Below, in pieces: positions 1 to 7,391 of a DNA stretch of 17,332 bases. The notes under the pieces are model-generated. The model worked only from the letters and a program-made list of their open reading frames with translations. It was not told where the DNA came from and searched no databases. The position numbers were made by a program, and so were the translations under genes. Numbering within the stretch: position 1 is the stretch's first letter; the number at the start of each line of letters is the position of its first letter. Source of the DNA: Candidatus Heimdallarchaeota archaeon (GTDB taxonomy: Archaea; Asgardarchaeota; Heimdallarchaeia; Heimdallarchaeales; Heimdallarchaeaceae); NCBI GenBank assembly GCA_030668825.1, contig DAOVET010000050.1, positions 1 through 17,332 of the forward strand, read 5' to 3'.

Positions 1-591
1 AAAGGTTTAGAGAAATTCATTGTAAAATCTGTACTAAAGTTTCCTAAATTAACTAACCTACCCCTTTTTAGAAAAGTTAAGAGTTATTCAGAATGGCCTG
101 TAAGCACCATATCTTCAGATATGTCAAGAGATGGGAAAATCAAAGCTCTAAATGAGACCAACTATGGAAGATGTGTCTATAAGATGGATGAACATAACGT
201 TGTAGATCATCAAGTAGTCAATATAGAATTTAATGATAAAACTACTGCTACTTTCACATTGCATGGATTCTCTAATGAGGAAGGGAGAACTATAAGAGTT
301 GATGGTACAAAAGGGACAATAATTGGTGAATTTCTTGCTTCAGGAGATAATCTTATCCTTTATGATCACTTGACAGATAAGAAGACTATTGTTAGAAAAA
401 CTGGTAGATTGAGTGGCCATGGTGGAGGGGATGTGAGTATAATGGAAACTTTCCTGAAAAATGTAAGATCTGAGACTAAGCAAGATGTTTTGACAAATGC
501 AAGAGCATCATTAGAATCTCATTTAATGGCATTTGCAGTAGATATAGCTAGAATAGAGAAGAGAGTAGTGGAAATGGAAGAATTTAGGTGA
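1..591 (+). CDS. Gfo/Idh/MocA family oxidoreductase, C-terminal part (5'-truncated by window edge)
   Basis: Frame 1 is open from base 1 (KGLEKFIVK...SEWPVSTISSD then MSRDG at 121). Motifs YGRCVY, VVDHQVVNIEF, GRTIRVDGTKG, GHGGGD and SLESHLMAFA are typical of the C-terminal half of this family. Confidence 0.85.
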   Translation, partial: KGLEKFIVKSVLKFPKLTNLPLFRKVKSYSEWPVSTISSDMSRDGKIKALNETNYGRCVYKMDEHNVVDHQVVNIEFNDKTTATFTLHGFSNEEGRTIRVDGTKGTIIGEFLASGDNLILYDHLTDKKTIVRKTGRLSGHGGGDVSIMETFLKNVRSETKQDVLTNARASLESHLMAFAVDIARIEKRVVEMEEFR

Positions 592-646
592 CTTCTCAAC
601 TTGTAGGAATGTTCAAACCCAAGTACATGCTTTTCTAAAATGATTA

Positions 647-1642
647 TTATTTCTTTCTTGAAGCTTTTTTATTCATTCTGTAATATGGAGATCTGATAAT
701 TAAAAATAACTGTGCTAAAGGACTAATCAAACTAATGAAAAATCTACGAAGTTTTATTCTTCTTTCGAATTCTTTAGCAAAATCCTCTAGTGTATAACGC
801 TGATATTGGAGTAACTCCTGTGAATCTTCTGTATATAGCCAATCAGTGTGGAACCACTCACCATCATTCTTAGGTTCCACAAAACATTCTCTAGGAATTG
901 GACCAACCCCAAATGCTTTCAGTTGTCTAGTAATATACTCTCCCGCAGTCATCTGACATCTTTCTCCTCCTGCTAAATGCATGATTTTATGTTTTACAAA
1001 ATTTTCTATTGAGTTAACACAAGCTAAACCAACATCCCAAGAATGAATAAATTCTATTCTTTGATCAAATGGTACGTCAAACATTAAATCTGGAATCTTC
1101 ATAGGCATTCGTAAAGAAGGAACAGCTGTTAATCGTAAAATAAACCAGTCCAATGAACTTGATTGCAGAATCTTTTCCATCTCCCATTTTTGAAAAGCAT
1201 ATAGATCATGTTCTAAAGGTTTAATCTCATCTGTTACATATCTTGGTGGTGGTAAAGCCATTTTAGAACCATAAATAGCCAACGAACTAGTAAAAATAAC
1301 TCTAGGTTTCTCATCCAACTTCTCTAAAGCATCAACTAGATTCTGCATTCCTCCTGCATTTACCTGATTTGCATAATCTGGATCTTCATCTGCTTCAGGA
1401 GGTATAACAGCACATAAATGAATAACATAATCGACACCTTGGACTATTTTCTCAACATCTTCTTTATTTCTAATGTCTCCCCAAATAGTCTCAAAATCTC
1501 CTTGTTTTGACATTATTTTTTGAACTTTCTTTGTCTTTCTGTTTTTTTTGTCAAAGCATCTGACATCATAATCACGACGTAATAATTCTCCAAGAGTGCT
1601 CTCTCCAACGTTTCCAAATGGTCCTGTAAGCAAAATCTTCAT
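647..1642 (-). CDS. NAD(P)-dependent epimerase/dehydratase (extended SDR)
   Basis: N-terminal TGPFGNVG Rossmann motif, GDI, VIHLCA, FTSS and catalytic YAFQK (YxxxK). Hydrophobic then basic C-terminal tail. GAGGA just upstream of the ATG. Confidence 0.9.
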   Translation of the reverse strand: MKILLTGPFGNVGESTLGELLRRDYDVRCFDKKNRKTKKVQKIMSKQGDFETIWGDIRNKEDVEKIVQGVDYVIHLCAVIPPEADEDPDYANQVNAGGMQNLVDALEKLDEKPRVIFTSSLAIYGSKMALPPPRYVTDEIKPLEHDLYAFQKWEMEKILQSSSLDWFILRLTAVPSLRMPMKIPDLMFDVPFDQRIEFIHSWDVGLACVNSIENFVKHKIMHLAGGERCQMTAGEYITRQLKAFGVGPIPRECFVEPKNDGEWFHTDWLYTEDSQELLQYQRYTLEDFAKEFERRIKLRRFFISLISPLAQLFLIIRSPYYRMNKKASRKK

Positions 1643-1751
1643 TCATTGTCCTCTGTAGGTTTCAGAAACATACTTACTGTTATTTAATTTTTACTCTGAA
1701 ATAATTATGAAAAAAACAAAATAAGGATTACATGTTTTAATAAACAGAGAA

Positions 1752-1919
1752 TTAGAAGATATATTTTATCTTCCATTTTGATTTAGGAAACATATAGTTG
1801 AAAGAGAAGAAAACAATTACAAAAACAATTGCTTCAGCTGTAAATATCGCCAAATAACCAACATATGCTGTATATAGAAATATAGCCATTAAACATGCTG
1901 TAAAAACACCCCCCAGCAT
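1752..1919 (-). CDS. Small hydrophobic membrane protein, 55 aa (not in ORF track)
   Basis: ATG at 1919 to TAA at 1752 reads MLGGVFTACLMAIFLYTAYVGYLAIFTAEAIVFVIVFFSFNYMFPKSKWKIKYIF: about 40 hydrophobic residues (probably two TM helices) then a Lys-rich tail. AAGGT lies shortly upstream. It fills an otherwise empty intergenic gap. Confidence 0.5.
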   Translation of the reverse strand: MLGGVFTACLMAIFLYTAYVGYLAIFTAEAIVFVIVFFSFNYMFPKSKWKIKYIF

Positions 1920-1959
1920 ATATTTGTAACCTTTATATATCTATTTTATTGAATTCTGG

Positions 1960-3357
1960 TTAAACTATCTTTGTCAATAATGGATTTCTCTTCAATGCTA
2001 ATTCTGTTGCTTTGTTAACAAAACTTGCTGGAAATCCTGAATGTTGAAACAGATTTCTAAATAGCATTTCAGTTTGTTCTTTATCATATAGTGAAAATGA
2101 GGTTATAATATAAGACATTGAAACTAATTTTCTCAGTTCATTGAAAATAACAACAGAAGCCTTGTCCAAATCTTGATCTTTAAGTTTGTCCAGAAGAGCA
2201 ATAAAATGATTGCTCTCTTTATGTCCTTTAGTCTCTCCTTCAATTAGATTGACTATGGTTGCTTCTTCTGGTATCTTTTCTGAAGAGTTTAGTTTCTCAA
2301 ATTGAGTTAATGACATTCCAAACAGACCAGTATCCAGGTTAACTTCATCTATTTCGTCATCCATCCATCGGATTATTTCTGAAGCAATATGTTGATTAAA
2401 AATTGAAAGGGTGTCAATTACCAACCTAGAAGTTAATTTATCACCGACTATTATTACATTTTCTCCAGTGATAATAGGGTATAGAATTGAATCAAGTTTA
2501 CCCCCTATTGCATTTTTCAGAAAAGCTAGTGACAAATCTTCTATATCAACTGTAGAGAAATGATTTCCTGGATCTTCAATGTTTTGAATAATATCTAGAA
2601 TTTCAAGCATTTCTAATTGATTATCTTGTTCTGAAATTATCTTTAATTTTTCTTGGATTAGAGGAAAAATTCTGAAAGCTATATAGTCTAGTTCTCGTGG
2701 AAATCTTAGAATCCCTAGAATTGTTTGTGGTCCTTGTGCGTTAACGATTACTAAAGCTGAGTATTTCTTTTCAGGTGTTAATAACAGAATCCCTGATAAT
2801 TCTCCTTCGAATTCCACATTAAGATTATATTTTTTTAACATATCTAGTATCTCATTTGCATCTTCCTTCTTACCTACAGTTTCGATAATTTCAATATCAG
2901 TTTCATCAAATTTGACCAAACTAAATAAAAGGGGTTCAGAACTTATTAGAGGATTCTTCGCAAAGAAAAGTGGGAGATTGGACATATCATGTAGTGTATG
3001 TTCCAAAATTAAAGCTGATTCTCCTTCAGAAAGGAGATCAGGATCTCTCTCTGAAAGCAATGGTTCTGCACTAATCCGAATTTGTTCAATAATTTGAGCA
3101 AGTTGCCTATCAGAAAAAAGTGTTTCTTCAACTTTAGTTTCAATAATAATTATAAAATCGTAAATTTGAACAAATGAAATGTTTTTATCGTGATATGAAA
3201 TTGATTGAAGCTCTTGTCTATGAACTTCTTTTGCAAATGTTATGATTGCACTAATAAGGCTAGAAGCTAAGATGTGTTGCATTTCTGTAAGAATCTCTGG
3301 TTTGGAAGCCAACAATATTCCAGAAGATGTAACTAATGATAGTTGAAGGCTTCGCAT
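1960..3357 (-). CDS. Longin-like + DENN-like domain protein, paralog A
   Basis: N-terminus LSLVTSSGILL...LASSLISAIITFAKEV...LQSISYHDKNISFVQIYDFIIIIE fits the longin beta-beta-alpha-beta-beta-beta-alpha pattern. LDSILYPIITGENVIIVGDKLTSRLVIDTLSIF resembles the cDENN core. Start moved from TTG 3363 to ATG 3357 because MRSLQLSLV aligns with MFNLKISLV of the paralog. Domain calls are by eye. Confidence 0.65.
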   Translation of the reverse strand: MRSLQLSLVTSSGILLASKPEILTEMQHILASSLISAIITFAKEVHRQELQSISYHDKNISFVQIYDFIIIIETKVEETLFSDRQLAQIIEQIRISAEPLLSERDPDLLSEGESALILEHTLHDMSNLPLFFAKNPLISSEPLLFSLVKFDETDIEIIETVGKKEDANEILDMLKKYNLNVEFEGELSGILLLTPEKKYSALVIVNAQGPQTILGILRFPRELDYIAFRIFPLIQEKLKIISEQDNQLEMLEILDIIQNIEDPGNHFSTVDIEDLSLAFLKNAIGGKLDSILYPIITGENVIIVGDKLTSRLVIDTLSIFNQHIASEIIRWMDDEIDEVNLDTGLFGMSLTQFEKLNSSEKIPEEATIVNLIEGETKGHKESNHFIALLDKLKDQDLDKASVVIFNELRKLVSMSYIITSFSLYDKEQTEMLFRNLFQHSGFPASFVNKATELALKRNPLLTKIV

Positions 3358-3381
3358 ACTCAAACATGTGTTTATATCCTT

Positions 3382-3394
3382 TAAGTAAATTTCT
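3382..3394 (-). promoter_or_regulatory. Putative BRE/TATA element AGAAATTTACTTA of paralog A
   Basis: An identical 13-mer occurs at 5642-5654. Here it ends 25 nt before the ATG at 3357, archaeal TATA spacing for a leaderless or short-leader mRNA. Confidence 0.6.
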
Positions 3395-3439
3395 TTAGTG
3401 GAAAAGCAATATTAGTCTAAAAGATAAAAAGGTGTCTAG

Positions 3440-4198
3440 ATGAAAAAAGAAGTACTTCATTTTCAAGAACTGACAAATAAAGCATGGAAGGCTAGAGATT
3501 CAGTGCTCTATAAAGGATGGATAGTGAGATTGTCAGAAGGAGTTACTAAGAGAGCAAATAGTGTTTTACCTCTAGCATATTCTGGGACTGATCTTGAACA
3601 TGATATTGCAGCTGTAGAGAAGTTATATAATAATAACAATTTACCTCTTATCTTCCAGATTCCAGACTATTATGAACCTAGTAATCTGACAGAAACACTT
3701 CTAGATAAGGGGTTCAGAATGATAGATGAAACAATTGTTATGGCAATGGCAATAGAACAACTGAATTATGAAGCTTCTATGAACAGTTATGATTATTTAA
3801 TAGAAGAGAACGTAAATGAAAATTGGTTTCAATCATTGTATAATCTTACAAAAATGGATTCTACTAAATTAGAGGGGTTCAGAAGAATAATTTCTAGAAC
3901 ATCTAACCAAAAAATAACTTGCTCAGTGCTCAGAGATGATTTGATTATAGGTATTGTATTAGGTTTAATCGACAATGAATATATTGGCATATATGATTTA
4001 AATGTTCATTCAAATTATCGAAGGAAGCATGTAGGAGAATTTATTATGCGGAAGATGCTATCTTATGCTCAAATAAACAATTTGAAAACTATGTACTTGC
4101 AAGTTGAAGCTAAAAACACACCTGCAATTTTTTTATACAATAAATTAAATTTCAGAGAAAAGTACAGATATAGATATTTTGTTAAAAAAGAAGAATAG
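3440..4198 (+). CDS. GNAT family N-acetyltransferase (two-domain type)
   Basis: N-terminal GWIVRLSEGVTKRANSV signature, acetyl-CoA motif A VHSNYRRKHVG and C-terminal YLQVEAKNTPAIFLYNKLNF. AAGGTG RBS-like sequence upstream. Confidence 0.9.
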   Translation: MKKEVLHFQELTNKAWKARDSVLYKGWIVRLSEGVTKRANSVLPLAYSGTDLEHDIAAVEKLYNNNNLPLIFQIPDYYEPSNLTETLLDKGFRMIDETIVMAMAIEQLNYEASMNSYDYLIEENVNENWFQSLYNLTKMDSTKLEGFRRIISRTSNQKITCSVLRDDLIIGIVLGLIDNEYIGIYDLNVHSNYRRKHVGEFIMRKMLSYAQINNLKTMYLQVEAKNTPAIFLYNKLNFREKYRYRYFVKKEE

Positions 4199-4209
4199 AA
4201 AAAATGTCT

Positions 4210-5616
4210 TTAGGTTAAGTAATCTAGTAGAGGATTCCTTTGTACTGCTAACTTTAACGCTTTTTTGAAGAAGCTTGAAGCATAACCTTTTGCTGAAGAA
4301 ATATCTTTTAATCTAGCTTTAGCTTTTTCTTCATCTAGTAATGCTAGAGCTGTTAAATCCAATGTTAAATCAACTAATTTTTCCAACTCATAAACTATTT
4401 TAGTAACTACTTCAGCAATAGACAGTTTCTTAATTGTATCAAATAATTTTTTGAAATGATTACTTGACTTTTCTCCTGTAACCTTAGTTGTCTCTAAATT
4501 GATATTGGTATCTTTTTCAGAGATTAGCTCCTTCTCAACAAATTTTCTGTAGACTAATGATGACATACCGCAAAATCTTGCCTGAAGGTCGCATTTACCA
4601 ATTTTTGTTATGTCCTCTTCTGTAGTCCAGAGGCTGACAAATGTCTGTAAATGTTGAGTAAATAGAGACATTGAATCAATAACTAGCTTAACAGTAGGTT
4701 TATCTCCAATTACATAAACTGGTTTCCCTATAATAGCTGAGTAAATTGCTTTGTCAAGATTACGACTTACAGTTCTATCTAAGAAAGTTGGTGAAAGATC
4801 TTCCATAATGATTTTTGATAACCTATTTCCAAGATCTTCAGTTGCCATAATTTTATGAAGAATCTCTTCCATACTGAAGTTTTTCTTTTTATCATTCATT
4901 GAAGTAAGATGATTGTTCATAATATCAAATAATCTAAAAAGAACTAGATTCAGACTTTGAGGAAATTTTAGAATTCCAACTCTAGATTTTTTTCCATTGG
5001 TATCAATAATGGTGTAAGTTAAACTTTTTTCACTTTCTAATAAAGTTAGAATTCCTTCCATGTTTCCTTGAAATTTCTCGTTAGCTTCAAGAGAATCTAT
5101 CATCTTTGCTATTAAAGGAATATGTGATCCTGAACCCACTTGATCCTTTATCTTCCAACCTTTGTCGGAATGAACTAGAGTGAAATATGCAATTTCTGCT
5201 GATTTCAAAGGTCGTTCTGAAATTGAGATATCTAACAATTGAATATTTTTCAAACATCTATCTAAGATTATTGATGCTTCTCCTTCTGTAATCGTATCGG
5301 GGTCAGCTACCTCTAGTAATGGACTAGTACATGTTCTTAATTTCTCAAGCAATTGTTTTAAAATTTCTTCAGTTAGAGTGGATTCTTCATCTATTGTTTC
5401 AAGAATTAAAACAAAATCATGAACTCTTATGAAAGAAACAGTTCTATCATGATAAGATATCGATTGCAATTCTCTGTGGTGTACTTCTTTTGAGAATGAG
5501 ATTAAAGCAGTGATTAAACCTGTTGCTAAGATTTGCCTAGTGTCGTCTACATCCTCTGGTTTAGAAGCTAACAGTATTCCAGTCGAAGTTACAAGTGATA
5601 TCTTTAAGTTAAACAT
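4210..5616 (-). CDS. Longin-like + DENN-like domain protein, paralog B
   Basis: Full-length collinear paralog of 1960-3357 (SLVTSTGILLASKPE, KEVHHRELQSISYHD, EGEA, GILKFP, EDLS, IYSAIIGKPVYVIGDKPTVKLVIDSMSLF, SNHF, RNPLL). Confidence 0.65.
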   Translation of the reverse strand: MFNLKISLVTSTGILLASKPEDVDDTRQILATGLITALISFSKEVHHRELQSISYHDRTVSFIRVHDFVLILETIDEESTLTEEILKQLLEKLRTCTSPLLEVADPDTITEGEASIILDRCLKNIQLLDISISERPLKSAEIAYFTLVHSDKGWKIKDQVGSGSHIPLIAKMIDSLEANEKFQGNMEGILTLLESEKSLTYTIIDTNGKKSRVGILKFPQSLNLVLFRLFDIMNNHLTSMNDKKKNFSMEEILHKIMATEDLGNRLSKIIMEDLSPTFLDRTVSRNLDKAIYSAIIGKPVYVIGDKPTVKLVIDSMSLFTQHLQTFVSLWTTEEDITKIGKCDLQARFCGMSSLVYRKFVEKELISEKDTNINLETTKVTGEKSSNHFKKLFDTIKKLSIAEVVTKIVYELEKLVDLTLDLTALALLDEEKAKARLKDISSAKGYASSFFKKALKLAVQRNPLLDYLT

Positions 5617-5641
5617 CTAAATAATTCAAATAAGAGCAATA

Positions 5642-5654
5642 TAAGTAAATTTCT
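5642..5654 (-). promoter_or_regulatory. Putative BRE/TATA element AGAAATTTACTTA of paralog B
   Basis: Same 13-mer as 3382-3394, 26 nt before the ATG at 5616. Confidence 0.6.
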
Positions 5655-5907
5655 CTTGGGCGATTTTGATAAGAACAAAAGAATAGTTATAGAAAAGAGT
5701 GATTAAAAATCAACAATGAAAAGAAACTAACACCGTAAAAATTGTTTGTAAGCTTTTTATCAGCAAGTTTCTTCATTATATTCAACTTATTGATTTACTT
5801 GAGTAAAATGATAAATTTTGTTGCTTCATTATTACTATTAGTAGAATCTGGAATCGATTTATTATTCATGAAGTGGTTAAAGATTGAAACCAATCAGTTT
5901 AGTATAC

Positions 5908-5968
5908 TTTTATAAATTCCTCAATGATTCTTACATCAATTCAAAATAAATTTCAACCAAAAAGGTGA
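5908..5968 (+). promoter_or_regulatory. Putative TATA box (TTTTATAAA, 5908-5916) and Shine-Dalgarno (AGGTGA, 5963-5968) of tldD
   Basis: Canonical archaeal TATA-like run. AGGTGA is 6 nt before the TTG start at 5975. Confidence 0.5.
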
Positions 5969-5974
5969 AAAAAA

Positions 5975-7390
5975 TTGGAGAAAGATTATGTCTTAGATCT
6001 TTTACATAAAGCAGTAGATCATGGTCATAAACTTGGAGCTGATTTTGTTGAAGCAAGGTATGATGATTTGACTCTAACAACTATTAATTATACAAATGAA
6101 CAAGTCAAAGAATCTTCCACAAAGCAACGTAGAGGAATAGGAATTATGACCTACATTAATGGGTCACCTGGTTATTCTTTTACACCAATACTAGAAGCTG
6201 ATGCTTTAAAGGAAACAACAAGAAGAGCTTTAGGAATAGCTAAATCTACTGAATCCCTATTAACATTCAAGCATAAATATACAGATAGACCTACCATTAA
6301 GGATTCTATTGAATATAAAGTAAAAATACATCCAAAGGATGTCGAATTTGAAGAAAAACTAGAAATGTTAAAACGAGGAGTAGCTTGTGCAAAAGAACAA
6401 GTTGATACCCAATCTACTATTGGATTATGGGGAGAACTCTGGGGAAATAAATTGTTTGTTAACTCAGAACAATCCGAAATCTACTGGACACCTCTTTTGT
6501 TTGATTTGAGATTTGTTGCAATAGCAATGACTGAAACAACTCAAGCAAGAGGATTTGATGGAGAAGGACAATCACAAGGGATGGAATTTTTCAAACTAAA
6601 AGGAAAAGATCCTGAAACTATTGGTACTAATGCTGGAAAATACTGCAAAGAACAAACTGAAGCAGTTGCAGCACCGGGTGGAAAACAAAGAGCACTTGTA
6701 GGACCAAAAATGGCTGGTGTTTTAGCTCATGAAAGTTTTGGTCACTTGTCAGAATCAGACTTTGTTATTACAGGAATGTCCCCCATTTCAGACAGAGTTG
6801 GAGAACAGCTAGGAAGCGAACATGCTACCATTATTGATGAGGGTATCTCTGAATATGGAGGATTCTTCTTACCTTATGATGATCAAGGTACTAAAACAGG
6901 AAAGACTGTTTTGATGGACAAAGGAATGCTTGTAGGATATCTTCACGATAGAAGTACGGCAAACAAGATGAACACTGAAACAACAGGTAATAGTAGGGCA
7001 ATTACATTCATGTACCCAAGTATCCCAAGGATGAAAAATACATACTTCAAACCAGGAAATCTTAGTATTGAAGAATCAGTTGAAATGGTTGGTGACGGTA
7101 TCTATGCAATTGGTACATCTGGCGGTCAAGCTGGCTTAGATGGAGCGTTCTTATTCAAATGCAGCAGAGGCTTCCTAATAGAAAAAGGAGAAATTACATC
7201 ACCAATAAAAGATGCAGCACTATCTGGTCAAATTTTGGATTTCATCAGCAAAATTAGTGGTGTAGGAAAAGAAATGGATCTCTTTACATCTTACTTTGGA
7301 GGTTGTGGCAAGGGGGGTCAATACCCATTACCAGTTGGACTCGGTGGACCTAGCATTGTTGTCGATGAAGTACTAGTTGGAGGCGAATAA
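5975..7390 (+). CDS. tldD: TldD metalloprotease (TldD/PmbA family, catalytic subunit)
   Basis: HESFGHLSE (HExxxH) metal motif, YDDQG, IPRMKNTY and GCGKGGQ..PVGLGGP C-terminal motif. TTG start with AGGTGA RBS. Confidence 0.93.
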   Translation: MEKDYVLDLLHKAVDHGHKLGADFVEARYDDLTLTTINYTNEQVKESSTKQRRGIGIMTYINGSPGYSFTPILEADALKETTRRALGIAKSTESLLTFKHKYTDRPTIKDSIEYKVKIHPKDVEFEEKLEMLKRGVACAKEQVDTQSTIGLWGELWGNKLFVNSEQSEIYWTPLLFDLRFVAIAMTETTQARGFDGEGQSQGMEFFKLKGKDPETIGTNAGKYCKEQTEAVAAPGGKQRALVGPKMAGVLAHESFGHLSESDFVITGMSPISDRVGEQLGSEHATIIDEGISEYGGFFLPYDDQGTKTGKTVLMDKGMLVGYLHDRSTANKMNTETTGNSRAITFMYPSIPRMKNTYFKPGNLSIEESVEMVGDGIYAIGTSGGQAGLDGAFLFKCSRGFLIEKGEITSPIKDAALSGQILDFISKISGVGKEMDLFTSYFGGCGKGGQYPLPVGLGGPSIVVDEVLVGGE

Positions 7391-7391
7391 A

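Noticed and set aside
2912-3097. 61-aa plus-strand ORF
   Set aside because: Antisense shadow fully inside paralog A, no motifs.
5617-5974. Small ORFs in the divergent intergenic region between paralog B and tldD
   Set aside because: The minus-strand ATG-initiated frames I read (from about 5869 and 5776) stop within 30 codons. The region is adequately explained as promoter DNA.
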